This document shows, piece by piece, positions 28,896 through 38,792 of a DNA stretch of 64,000 nucleotides (its first letter is position 1; every line of letters starts with the position of its first letter). The stretch lies in IMG/VR virus record IMGVR_UViG_3300036981_000255, positions 1 through 64,000 of that record, one strand, 5' to 3'. The position numbers and the translations under genes were made by a program. Under the pieces are notes generated by a model. That model worked only from the letters and a program-made list of their open reading frames with translations, was not told where the DNA came from and ran no database searches. This DNA is from a virus.

Positions 28896-31800
28896 TTATG
28901 TGGTTTTAAAATCTATTCTGTTTCCAAGGTCATCAAAATAAATCTCTTTGTTTGACTGTAAAAAATCCAAAGACGTATCGTTTAAACCCTCTGATGTTAA
29001 TTGGCTTGGGTCTGAAACTGTTGCTTGCATCCATTGGTTGTAATAATTGTCAAAAACTTCTTTATTAGTTTTACCTTCATTAAAAAGCAAGGCTTGTTGA
29101 TTTAATTCTGAATTTTCATCTTTTAATGATGTAATTGAACTATTTTTAACCTCACCTAAAGTAATGGGTTCAATTTTAGTAGTCGAAAACTTATTAGCGG
29201 TTGCTTCACTCGTTTTAACATCAATTTTTTCAGTTCCAGTCATTGAAAGTCCAAGGCGTTTTTTCATTTCTAACAATGAACCAACTTCACCAGCCGTTTC
29301 AATGTTTGCAGAGACGTTGGTTGAATTTGGTAAAGTTATTCGACCTTGTTTTCTCAATTTGGCAAGTCTTGCTTGTTGTTGAGATTGTGAAAAATTCGTT
29401 ATTGATGACAATTTGATACCATCAACGATTTTACCATTCTTTTGTGTGCCAAATGTGTCTGTATCTCCTTTGCCACTATCCACAAAAACAACACTATCTG
29501 CTCTACCATCATACATTTCAGTATTTGCGTAATAGTTGAAAGACATTGCATTTTGCAAACGATTGATAGGCGCAGTCATTGAACTTCCACCGAGTATTTT
29601 TATACCCATAGATACTTTAGCCAACATCGGTTGAACTCCAATGCCTTCTGGGTTTAAATCCCAAGTGATTTGACCTGCCACATCATAACTGATGTTCAAA
29701 CTTTCAATAATGATTCTAGTGTGATAAAAATCACCAATTCTCAAAATACAAACTGGTGGTCGTCCAAAGGCAAGATTTTTCCAATTTGCAGTTCCATCTT
29801 TTCCGATGCTATCCCCTTGTCGCAAGCATTGATTTAAAAACGTCAGACGACTATTAAAACCTTGTGGTGTGATAGAGTGATAAGCAGCCCAAAAATATTT
29901 AATACGCTCTGAAATGGTTTGATAAACCAAAGGTTGATTTTTCTCAAGATATTCAAAGAAATCACATTCGGTATAAACCAATTTCTTTAGAATTGCAGGG
30001 TCAATATCAGATACAGGTTCAGTGTCTTGTGTGTCTGTGTCAGTTTCATCAGTATCAGTCGTCAAAGTTTCCTTTGTTGGGTCTAATGGAACATCAGTTG
30101 AACCGCTTGATGGTATTGGTTCAACTTCTTCCTCATCTTGTGCAAGAACTTTTACATAAATGTCAACTTTTCTTGTTTGTTTACAATATACATTATCGGC
30201 TCTATCGCAATCTTGGCAATATGCAGGATTTCCTTTACTATCACGTACATCATCTGCCTTTTTCTTGGCATCTTCATTTGCTGCTTGTGATGTTGCTGGT
30301 AATCCACCGAAATCAATATTAGGGTATAAAGGTTTAACATTTTTAACAAACCATGCTTTGGCATTATCAGAACGTTTTTCAGCAAGAGTTTTATTGACCT
30401 CGCCAGTTGGTTTTGCACCTGATGCGTTTCCCATAAAAGTCACTTGAACTTTTGTTGCTCCTTCAAACGCTTTTTTAAAAATTTCTTGCCATTGGAAGTA
30501 AAACTTCTCATTCAAACCGTTGTTATTTTCATCGTGATAACCTTCAGGTGAATTTGTATTTGTTGTACAAACCTTACCACTATTTACCAATTTATCTTTC
30601 AAATAAGTATATCCACCATTTTCAGGCGGTGTTTTTCCATTTTTGAAATATTTTATACCCTCCCCTGTATTAATTGTATAACCATCAGATGTTTTGACAT
30701 TAAATCCATCGTTTTTTCCACCATCTTCATAACCGATGTTCAAACTTTTTAACGTGGAAGAGGATAAATCAGTTCGAGCAGACAAATTTCCGTCTTGCCC
30801 ATTTAAACTTGACTCTGGAAGTACAGTAACAGCATTTGGGAAATATATAGATAACGCAATGTTTCCTAAATCACCAACATCAGCCTTTTTACTAACTTCT
30901 TCTTCATCGTTCAAAGTCTTTTGTTCTTCAGTTATCTTAGTTCCATCTTCAACTTTTACAATAGGCGTTAACTGTTTCTTAATTTTTTCAATTTCTTCAA
31001 TTTCATTTTGAGATAATTTTTTATTTATCAATCTTTTGGCTTTCACATCATCTTCAATGGATTTATCACCTTTGAAATAACGTTCCCAATAATGCGTTTT
31101 TTCGCCAACCAATTGATGCACAACATCTGGATGGTCAACGATTATTGTGAAAGATAAAGTTGCGCTTCTTTCTGCATTTTTATAAGTATAAACTGGTTCA
31201 CCACGTCCGATGAATTGAGTTGCTTCCCAAGGCGCACTAGTATTATCATCAATTTTCAAATCATAAGGCGGAAACCACATCAAACGACCTCTTGTGCCTG
31301 TTACTGGGTCACCAATCCCTTGCTCACATTCTGGCAAATCATTCATGTGGTCATTCCATGCAAGATTTTCAATAGAAAACATATATCTTTTGATAATGTC
31401 ATCAGAAATTAAACCGTTTGTTGCATTAGCCCTTCTAGTCGTTGGTGCAATATTAACTAAACCATTATCATTGAGAACTGAACGAACATCACCATTGTCT
31501 AACGCCCTGTGGCGCAAAGTTCTGTCTAATCTATCATATTTACGTTTTTTTGTCCAAACACGAAAATATTCACCTTTAGCGATAGCAGTTCCATCATCGG
31601 CAATATAATCATTGGCAGCAGTTGTAGAATCACCCCTAGATATTGTAATACTTTCACCATTAGACGTTTCAACATGTTCTTTAGCATTCATATCCATAAA
31701 TGCTTCAGGATTTGAAAATAACAATTCTTGTGTTTTAAAAAGCAAGGATTTGGGGTCAAATTTATTGAAACCATCGTTTTCACCACGTTTATCAGTTGTC

Positions 31801-32960
31801 CAACCTACTGAATGTCGGTTAATGTCACCAAAAGTCCAAGCAAATTCAAATTTGTCTGAAATCAATTGACCAGTCACAGATGCCTTATGAATACTTGTAA
31901 CACCATAAGGTTCATAAAAGCCACGTCCAGTGGATTGTGTATTCATTTGATTTGCAACAAAATCACTTGTGTTAACCCTAGAAATCGCAAGATTGTAATC
32001 TCTAACGTATGTGGAATTGTCAATAGTTTCGTCAGACCCTATAATTTTAGGATGATATAAATTTAATTTCAAAAGATTTATCAAATGTTGCTGCTGACCT
32101 AATCCTGTATATTCCAAAAGAAGGTTCGTCCGTTCTTCTGATGTAAGATTGCTGCCAATATAAGACACAGAACCGTCCTTATTTTTTTGTGGTAAGCGTT
32201 CATATTCAAATGCTCCGTTAGGTAAATATGAAACAGGCACTTGAAATCCTGCTAACGAAGCTAGAAATTCAGCAGTTCTTTCCTTTTCACCTTTTGGTTT
32301 ACTAATATCATAATCGGGTCTATATAAAGCCTGACCTTGCAACAAAGAAATCACTTGATTATTTATACGTCCAAGGGTTTCACGTTTCAAATTCGTTTCG
32401 ACTTGGACATTCATAGCATTATTTAACGCTTTCTCACCGATAGTCCCAATAGGAGAATCTTCTTGATTGAAAATACCTTGAAAAACATTGGCTAACGTTG
32501 TACCATTGTTGTTGAGGGATTGTTTAATTTTTTCAATGTAATCTCCATAAGAGCCATCACAACCAACGGCAATAGCTGCTTCAACCGAATAAGGTAGATA
32601 ATCAAGCGAACAATATTTGTTATATTTGACGTTGTTAAGATAAATGTCCTTGGAAATCTCATCAATCTCTGGCATATCAATAACAGAAGCATCCCCAAGA
32701 CTTGCATCATATCTTCGGTATTCTTTTTGTGCAAACACATTTAAGTCTTTGGAATCCTTTAACGCTTTGTCGCCAACCGCAATAACATTTGGGCTTTCTT
32801 TGTTAGTGTCGTTTGAATAATCTAACCCTTGGAAAATTCCAAAATCATTTGCATAACCCTTCCATTGACTATTTTGAACGTCATCTGTTGTTGCAAGGTT
32901 TTTATTCTTGATACGATTCAGTTCATTTTCAGCGATGATTTGTAATATTGATTTGCCCAT
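28896..32960 (-). CDS. Baseplate / tube-initiator-like protein with an inserted OmpA-like domain
   Basis: WFPPYDL..GRGEPVYTY..ERSATLSF and PPVCILRIGDFY tube-initiator-like motifs flank IYFPN...GNAS...NKTLAEKRSD...RKVDI. Confidence 0.65.
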   Translation of the reverse strand: MGKSILQIIAENELNRIKNKNLATTDDVQNSQWKGYANDFGIFQGLDYSNDTNKESPNVIAVGDKALKDSKDLNVFAQKEYRRYDASLGDASVIDMPEIDEISKDIYLNNVKYNKYCSLDYLPYSVEAAIAVGCDGSYGDYIEKIKQSLNNNGTTLANVFQGIFNQEDSPIGTIGEKALNNAMNVQVETNLKRETLGRINNQVISLLQGQALYRPDYDISKPKGEKERTAEFLASLAGFQVPVSYLPNGAFEYERLPQKNKDGSVSYIGSNLTSEERTNLLLEYTGLGQQQHLINLLKLNLYHPKIIGSDETIDNSTYVRDYNLAISRVNTSDFVANQMNTQSTGRGFYEPYGVTSIHKASVTGQLISDKFEFAWTFGDINRHSVGWTTDKRGENDGFNKFDPKSLLFKTQELLFSNPEAFMDMNAKEHVETSNGESITISRGDSTTAANDYIADDGTAIAKGEYFRVWTKKRKYDRLDRTLRHRALDNGDVRSVLNDNGLVNIAPTTRRANATNGLISDDIIKRYMFSIENLAWNDHMNDLPECEQGIGDPVTGTRGRLMWFPPYDLKIDDNTSAPWEATQFIGRGEPVYTYKNAERSATLSFTIIVDHPDVVHQLVGEKTHYWERYFKGDKSIEDDVKAKRLINKKLSQNEIEEIEKIKKQLTPIVKVEDGTKITEEQKTLNDEEEVSKKADVGDLGNIALSIYFPNAVTVLPESSLNGQDGNLSARTDLSSSTLKSLNIGYEDGGKNDGFNVKTSDGYTINTGEGIKYFKNGKTPPENGGYTYLKDKLVNSGKVCTTNTNSPEGYHDENNNGLNEKFYFQWQEIFKKAFEGATKVQVTFMGNASGAKPTGEVNKTLAEKRSDNAKAWFVKNVKPLYPNIDFGGLPATSQAANEDAKKKADDVRDSKGNPAYCQDCDRADNVYCKQTRKVDIYVKVLAQDEEEVEPIPSSGSTDVPLDPTKETLTTDTDETDTDTQDTEPVSDIDPAILKKLVYTECDFFEYLEKNQPLVYQTISERIKYFWAAYHSITPQGFNSRLTFLNQCLRQGDSIGKDGTANWKNLAFGRPPVCILRIGDFYHTRIIIESLNISYDVAGQITWDLNPEGIGVQPMLAKVSMGIKILGGSSMTAPINRLQNAMSFNYYANTEMYDGRADSVVFVDSGKGDTDTFGTQKNGKIVDGIKLSSITNFSQSQQQARLAKLRKQGRITLPNSTNVSANIETAGEVGSLLEMKKRLGLSMTGTEKIDVKTSEATANKFSTTKIEPITLGEVKNSSITSLKDENSELNQQALLFNEGKTNKEVFDNYYNQWMQATVSDPSQLTSEGLNDTSLDFLQSNKEIYFDDLGNRIDFKTT

Positions 32961-33031
32961 GTTTATGTTTGCTTATGATAATGTTGTAAAAAATCAAATG
33001 ACTTTATAGTAAATATCTAAGGAAATGTTTT

Positions 33032-35038
33032 TTACTTATAACTGTATCCATCAGAACCTGCACCAGTGTTAAATTTAATAACATATTGTTGTAATTGCGT
33101 CCATTCTGCTTCAGTAAATGATTCAGTTTTTTTACTACCATCTGGCATTTCAAAAATAATAGTCCTAGTTGTACTATTACCGCTATCTTTTATATTATCT
33201 GATAATAATTTTTTAGATTCTAAAACTTTGTTCATACTTTCCTGTTTATTATTAATATCAGGCAACATCCATATAGGTAAATTAGTATTTGGGTCAATGG
33301 ATGTATTTGGAGTATCTCTAGTTATCTGTTTATCAAATATCCCTTCCAGTGGATTTTTTTCAGGTACAATTGCATTAGGGATTATATATCCTAAAGGCGT
33401 TTCATTTAACGTTTTAGTTCCAACACCAATTGCTTTAATAATTGTATCATACAAATTATTCCATGCACTCCCTGCTGCACCCCAAAAAGATTCTGTCGAT
33501 GGTTGATTAATCAATGCCGACAATGATTCTAAAGTTGTATTAAAAGTTGCACCTGCTTTATCTCCTAAATTTCTAAAACCTTCAGCAAAACCTTTTATTG
33601 CGCCAGTTTCAATTGAAACTGCCATTTTATCTGCAAATTTATCCATTGATTGATAACTGACTTCTGATATTGCGCTTAACTTCAACTCTTTAAAATTTCT
33701 TTCTATTTTTTCACCTAAAGTTTCATTATCTGTAACTGTTTTTTGAAACATATTTTCTTTATTTGTACCCATTGTACCCATTTGTCGTGCTTGTTCAGTA
33801 GTTAAACTACCAACACTTTTGGCTTGACCTCCAACTACCACTTCATAAGTTTGTTTAGCTTTATTCCAAGTTGCAGAACTAGACACCTTTGTTAATATAT
33901 CATCAAAATCTGCTGCGCCACGTATGCTCGAATCAAACAAATTACCAACATTTGCTTCTTGTGCTAATTTTTTTGCGCCCATTGCAACTTCACCATAGTT
34001 AAACCCTAATGTTTTTGCTGCATCTCTTAATTTTTCTAAACCAAGCGCATCAATTTCCATTTCGCCTGTTTCTTTATTAAGTACAGCTAATTCACTTGCA
34101 GCCATTTGAATATCTTTTGCAAATTCTTCAGGACTATTTCTAGCCTTTTCATAAATTTGAAAAGCATCACCCATTTGCGCAAATCCGCCACCTAATAATT
34201 GTAAATCTGATGCAATTTGGATTGCGCCTTCAATACCACCATCAAGTATTTTTTCAGTCATCTGATTGACAGATTCCATTGATATTTTAGTTTGAAGCGC
34301 ATATTTTGCCATTTCTTCTAAACCTTTTCGACCATCTCTAAAATGCAACGTGTTTATAAGCCCAATATTTTGTTTCAATTTTTCCATAACTTGTTGACTA
34401 TTAATGCCAATTTTATGTGATTCTTGAACCAACGACTTTAAACTTTCAGAAGAATCTTGAATAGATACGCCTAACATTCCGTAAGTTGAAAATATTTTAC
34501 TTGCAGATTCCCCATATACTGCTTGTATTTCAACTAATTTAATAAGTTGTTGACTACTCAATTCTTGATTTATCCCAGTTTCAGTGATAAAATCTTTATA
34601 TGATTGTGCAACTGCTTTAAATTCTAAACCCAGTCTAGCAGTGGTTTCTAACGTACCTCTGAAATTTGCTTCTAAATTCTTACCATATTGACCTGCAATA
34701 CCTAATTGTAAGTTAACATCTCGCTGTGTACTATATATTTTATCCCAATAATTGATTGAACCGTAAGGTGAAAATTCTTTTGCGCCAATGTTTTTTCCCA
34801 TTTCACCCATTGAATCTTCAATATGTTGTAACCCTCTTGAAATTCCATCTTGGATATATCCTTCAAAACCATGTGTGATTGCAACAGCAATCTGTTTCAT
34901 ATCTGGTTTAATATAATCTATACCTTTAGATATGCCAACTTTCAACATATCACCACCCATACTTAACCCACTTGAAGCAAAATCACCTAATTTCCCTAGA
35001 ACATAACCACCAACTTGTGTAACAAAATGACCCCACAT
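33032..35038 (-). CDS. Tape measure protein
   Basis: Helical Ala/Gly/Gln-rich protein downstream of the tail chaperone pair; start MWGHF follows TATTTATA at 35068-35075. Confidence 0.75.
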   Translation of the reverse strand: MWGHFVTQVGGYVLGKLGDFASSGLSMGGDMLKVGISKGIDYIKPDMKQIAVAITHGFEGYIQDGISRGLQHIEDSMGEMGKNIGAKEFSPYGSINYWDKIYSTQRDVNLQLGIAGQYGKNLEANFRGTLETTARLGLEFKAVAQSYKDFITETGINQELSSQQLIKLVEIQAVYGESASKIFSTYGMLGVSIQDSSESLKSLVQESHKIGINSQQVMEKLKQNIGLINTLHFRDGRKGLEEMAKYALQTKISMESVNQMTEKILDGGIEGAIQIASDLQLLGGGFAQMGDAFQIYEKARNSPEEFAKDIQMAASELAVLNKETGEMEIDALGLEKLRDAAKTLGFNYGEVAMGAKKLAQEANVGNLFDSSIRGAADFDDILTKVSSSATWNKAKQTYEVVVGGQAKSVGSLTTEQARQMGTMGTNKENMFQKTVTDNETLGEKIERNFKELKLSAISEVSYQSMDKFADKMAVSIETGAIKGFAEGFRNLGDKAGATFNTTLESLSALINQPSTESFWGAAGSAWNNLYDTIIKAIGVGTKTLNETPLGYIIPNAIVPEKNPLEGIFDKQITRDTPNTSIDPNTNLPIWMLPDINNKQESMNKVLESKKLLSDNIKDSGNSTTRTIIFEMPDGSKKTESFTEAEWTQLQQYVIKFNTGAGSDGYSYK

Positions 35039-35078
35039 AATAAATTTATTTTTAATTATCTTTCTACTATAAATACAA

Positions 35079-35110
35079 AAAACGTGATTATTTTTCAACA
35101 ATCACGTTTT
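35079..35110 (-). terminator. Terminator-like hairpin
   Basis: AAAACGTGATT ... AATCACGTTTT directly after the 35113 stop. Confidence 0.6.
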
Positions 35111-35112
35111 GA

Positions 35113-35272
35113 TTAATCTTTTTTATTTTGTTGTAACAATTTTTCTACATAATACCGTTTTTCCCATATTGGCATCTTTAAAACATCACTTCTTGTGAAA
35201 CCTCCAACTTTTGTTAAGAATAGTCGTTCATCAAGCATGTAATTTGCGTAGTTAGATGGCAGGGTAAAAAAA
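35113..35272 (-). CDS. Tail assembly chaperone extension, probably reached by frameshift
   Basis: FFTLPSNY...FTRSDVLKMPIWEKRYYVEKLL overlaps the end of the upstream gene at a T7 run. Confidence 0.65.
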
Positions 35273-36064
35273 CTCTGCGGTGATAGGTATATCTGCACGA
35301 AATCGTCCCCCCGAAGGGGCAGCAACTTCTATATCGAGTTGTATTGTTGGTGTTACTTTGTCCATATAAGCGTGAAGTCTTCGGGCATCCATCATTGGCA
35401 TAGATTTTAAAAACTTCTCCTTGGCAAACATGTCGTTAATTCCTTCGACATTCACAACTAATCGCATGAGTTTATAAAAATTGAAAAAATTCTCATCAGA
35501 TTTTCGGATAGACTTTTCGTTGTCAGCAGCCATTTTGATTTCTAACTCATCTTCATGTGTCATTAATTTAAATGTGACTCTTTTTTGACATTTGGGTAAA
35601 ATGAAATCAAACATACCCTTATCATTTGGCTGTTCTTCCATTTCTTGTTGCTCCAAAGCCATCAAATCAATTGCATGTTCAAATGGCTGACGTGTTTTAG
35701 GGTCAATCAACATCACTTTGTAGAATTGCTCCATAGTGGCTCTCAAAAACACTAGAATCGCAACTCTATCGCCAGTCAATAATTTGGTCAACGGTATTGA
35801 ACATTCAACTTTCTTTTCTAACAATGTGTCCAACAATTTGCCACTATTGATAATATTAGGTGAAGTCATAATACCTTCATCTTCTGCTGTTAGATAGTAA
35901 ACTTTAACGGAATCTACCTTTTTTCCATCCACTTCTGGATAAAAAATTCCTTTAGACGGCAAAGGCACAATGTCGAAGGCAGGTTCAAACTCCTTGTAAG
36001 GGTTGTGCTGCTGCATCATCAATTGGGTTTCCTCGGAGGTCATTTGATTTTGAATTATTTTCAT
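35252..36064 (-). CDS. gp26-like baseplate hub / tail assembly chaperone
   Basis: VPLPSKGIFY, LTAEDE, LLTGDRVAILVFLR, KRVTFKLMT, IPITAEFFYP. Confidence 0.8.
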   Translation of the reverse strand: MKIIQNQMTSEETQLMMQQHNPYKEFEPAFDIVPLPSKGIFYPEVDGKKVDSVKVYYLTAEDEGIMTSPNIINSGKLLDTLLEKKVECSIPLTKLLTGDRVAILVFLRATMEQFYKVMLIDPKTRQPFEHAIDLMALEQQEMEEQPNDKGMFDFILPKCQKRVTFKLMTHEDELEIKMAADNEKSIRKSDENFFNFYKLMRLVVNVEGINDMFAKEKFLKSMPMMDARRLHAYMDKVTPTIQLDIEVAAPSGGRFRADIPITAEFFYPAI

Positions 36065-36078
36065 AAGTTATTGTTTTA

Positions 36079-36525
36079 TTATTCGTTAACTATTTGTTTG
36101 TGGTCGAGAACTAAAACTGTTAAAGTTCTATCATCAGATTTTACAGTAAAACCATAAGATTTTTTGTTTTGATATTCGTTGGCTTGTATATATGTATCAC
36201 CGACTTCTAAATTTTCGTAACTTTTGACAAAATCATGTACAAGTTTCAACAATTCACAAGGTTCAAAATTGGCTTCAGCATCTTGTGGATTTTTTCTATC
36301 TGTAATGTCGTCAACAGCCACTTGATAGTGTTTAGTTTTATGGATGCCATCTTCTAGTAATGTCATAACCGCAAATCCTAATTCAAAAGACATTAATTGA
36401 ATCTCTGGACTTGGAAAGAAGCCTAATGATTTTTCAGTGGATTCCAAATGATTTTTGATGTTTAACATCAATTGTCTTTGTGCTGATAGTTGCACAGTTG
36501 TGCGTTCAAATGTTTGTTTGTTCAT
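36079..36525 (-). CDS. Hypothetical protein
   Basis: 148-aa ORF. Confidence 0.7.
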   Translation of the reverse strand: MNKQTFERTTVQLSAQRQLMLNIKNHLESTEKSLGFFPSPEIQLMSFELGFAVMTLLEDGIHKTKHYQVAVDDITDRKNPQDAEANFEPCELLKLVHDFVKSYENLEVGDTYIQANEYQNKKSYGFTVKSDDRTLTVLVLDHKQIVNE

Positions 36526-36556
36526 AAGTTATTAATTAATATTTTTATTTTTATTT

Positions 36557-37045
36557 TTAATCTGTAATAATGTTTTTACGTTCTTCTACTCTAAGTTGAC
36601 TATCTTTTCTAGCTTTCTCCATGTTAGCATCATATTCTGCATCAGTCACATAACCACGATTTGCCAACACATAAGCCATAATTTCAGACATATAAAATTC
36701 AAAAAAATCAGATGACTTCAAATCTGAAAAATCAATTGAATTTGTTTCAAAATTTACATAATCAGCAGGGTTAAAGTTGGGCTTATTGTCGTATTTTCCT
36801 AAAACTTGAAAAAGAATGTCGTATTTATTATCTCTAAAAGCCAACGCTTCAATCACATAATAATGTTCTTTTGTTTCTACTAAATTTAAAAATTCTTGAC
36901 TCGTAAATCCGCCTGTTTTTAAATTTACACGTTTACCTTTAAAACATGTTAAAATTGGTTCATGGCTATTTCTATAATCTGAAAAGTAAACATTTTCCAA
37001 TGAAGCCAATGTTTCTAAAAATCCTTTGTTATTTTGGTTTGTCAT
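36557..37045 (-). CDS. Hypothetical protein
   Basis: 162-aa ORF. Confidence 0.7.
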   Translation of the reverse strand: MTNQNNKGFLETLASLENVYFSDYRNSHEPILTCFKGKRVNLKTGGFTSQEFLNLVETKEHYYVIEALAFRDNKYDILFQVLGKYDNKPNFNPADYVNFETNSIDFSDLKSSDFFEFYMSEIMAYVLANRGYVTDAEYDANMEKARKDSQLRVEERKNIITD

Positions 37046-37050
37046 AAGAT

Positions 37051-37260
37051 TTAATCTTGTGGTTGTAAACTATGCTTTGTAACTTTTTCAACGTTTAATC
37101 TAAAACCGATTCTTCCGTCAACAATGATTCCAAGCATAGTGTCATCATTTTCTGGATTCATCATCATTGGTGTTGCTTTGAATCTATCTGTACTGTTGAT
37201 AAAATTTTGCAACATTGTTGTAAACTCTGTTTGAAGTTTGTTAAATTCTGTAATATTCAT
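37051..37260 (-). CDS. 69-aa hypothetical protein, duplicate A
   Basis: Near-identical to 37515-37724. Confidence 0.8.
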   Translation of the reverse strand: MNITEFNKLQTEFTTMLQNFINSTDRFKATPMMMNPENDDTMLGIIVDGRIGFRLNVEKVTKHSLQPQD

Positions 37261-37268
37261 AAGATTGC

Positions 37269-37508
37269 TTATTTTAATCTGTTTTTATAATCTTGAAATG
37301 CTGTTTCTATTGTTTCTCCAATGCCGTAATTTATATTCCCCCATTGACTTTCCATGTAATCATGTGGTTCATATTGAGTTTCTTCATCATCTTCTAAAAA
37401 ACTTATACAATGTGCATTAGAATTTGCATTTATAATAGCCAATTTTTCATATTTCATTGAAACTATTGTCAATGGATATATATCTTCAAGTCTATTGATT
37501 GTTACCAT
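37269..37508 (-). CDS. Hypothetical protein between the duplicated genes
   Basis: 79-aa ORF. Confidence 0.7.
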   Translation of the reverse strand: MVTINRLEDIYPLTIVSMKYEKLAIINANSNAHCISFLEDDEETQYEPHDYMESQWGNINYGIGETIETAFQDYKNRLK

Positions 37509-37514
37509 AATATG

Positions 37515-37724
37515 TTAATTTTGTGGTTGTAAACTATGTTTTGTAACTTTTTCAACGTTCAATCTAAAGCCAATTCTTCCGTCAACGATGATTCCTAACA
37601 TTGTATCATTAGTTTCTGGATTCATCATCATTGGTGTGGCTTTAAATCTATCTGTACTATTGATAAATTCTTGCAACATTGTTGTGAACTCGTTTTGGAG
37701 TTGGTTAAATTCTGTAACATTCAT
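37515..37724 (-). CDS. 69-aa hypothetical protein, duplicate B
   Basis: Near-identical to 37051-37260. Confidence 0.8.
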   Translation of the reverse strand: MNVTEFNQLQNEFTTMLQEFINSTDRFKATPMMMNPETNDTMLGIIVDGRIGFRLNVEKVTKHSLQPQN

Positions 37725-37771
37725 AAGATTTCAATTTTTGTCTTTTGATTGTTAATATAATGGTTGTTTTG

Positions 37772-37850
37772 TGGAATTAAAACTCATAAATTCGTTTATG
37801 ACAAACCTCGCAAACAGTTTGTGATAAACTCGTAACCTCGTTATGATAAA
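37772..37850 (-). repeat. Three tandem 22-24 nt palindromic units (TCATAAA-CGAA-TTTATGA type)
   Basis: Inverted copy inside element 2 at 39612-39670. Confidence 0.75.
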
Positions 37851-37854
37851 TCTA

Positions 37855-38277
37855 TTAATTGCACAATAAATCAATTTGTTTTTTTAATTTCATATCTTCG
37901 TCAACAGTGTTATTTATTTGTACTATAAAATTATCAAGTTTTTCTAATTCAAGTGAATCTTTGAACTCTAATTCAAATAAACTTTTATTGGCGTTTAAAA
38001 TAGATATTAAACTATTCAGATTATAAATCTTCCCATAATCACAAAATAATCTTCTAATAACAGGAATTAACATTATTTGTGTATCTGAATTAAGTCTTCC
38101 ACTTTTTGCATGAATCTTTTTTAAACCATTCTCAAATAAAACACTCAAAATAGCCTTATTTTTATAGTTATCAATTCCTAACAGCCAATTGGCTTTTGAT
38201 TCACCCATTGACTCATATTTGACTATTAATTGGTCAATTTTTTCTTTTGATAGTTCCATGTTATTGTTTATATTCAC
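37855..38277 (-). CDS. Hypothetical protein resembling a major-capsid N-terminal region
   Basis: WLLGIDNYKNKAILSVLFEN...LIPVIRRLF; paralog of 38261-38761. Confidence 0.6.
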   Translation of the reverse strand: MNINNNMELSKEKIDQLIVKYESMGESKANWLLGIDNYKNKAILSVLFENGLKKIHAKSGRLNSDTQIMLIPVIRRLFCDYGKIYNLNSLISILNANKSLFELEFKDSLELEKLDNFIVQINNTVDEDMKLKKQIDLLCN

Positions 38278-38761
38278 ACATTTTGTCTATTTGTTGCCCA
38301 TGTTCAAAATCTTCAAACATTTGATAATTCAAATAGTCTGATTTTCGCATAAAATCAGTTAAAACAGTTTTGCTAACTTCTTGTAAATCCGTCCATTTAA
38401 CATGGTCATCAAAACCAAAAAGCAAAAATTCTTTGTGTAAAACTTGAACAAAAGACTTTGCAGAATAACATCTTTTGAATTTGATTGTAAATCCTTTGGC
38501 GAGTGGAAATATTAAATATTCAAATAATCTTGAATAATCTTTGTTGAATACCATTTTTTTAGCAATTTCCTCATAAAGACACGCAAGTTGCAATTTAGTT
38601 TGATAGTCAGTTATCCCAGAAAGCCAATTGGATTCTTTGTAGAATGAAATATTACATTCATTTGTTTCAGCCCTGTGAGAAGCGTGTTTTTCGTCAACTT
38701 TACTACCAATGTTGGAATATCTATTTAGTAAAGCAGAAATCAATTCAGTTGTTAAAGTCAT
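38261..38761 (-). CDS. Hypothetical protein, paralog of 37855-38277
   Basis: NWLSGITDYQTKLQLACLYEE...LIFPLAK. Confidence 0.6.
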   Translation of the reverse strand: MTLTTELISALLNRYSNIGSKVDEKHASHRAETNECNISFYKESNWLSGITDYQTKLQLACLYEEIAKKMVFNKDYSRLFEYLIFPLAKGFTIKFKRCYSAKSFVQVLHKEFLLFGFDDHVKWTDLQEVSKTVLTDFMRKSDYLNYQMFEDFEHGQQIDKMCEYKQ

Positions 38762-38792
38762 TTGTTATTAGTTTGTGGCTTCGTCAAGAAGT

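Noticed and set aside
37772-37850. Mini CRISPR array
   Set aside because: Units are abutting degenerate palindromes with no unique spacers.
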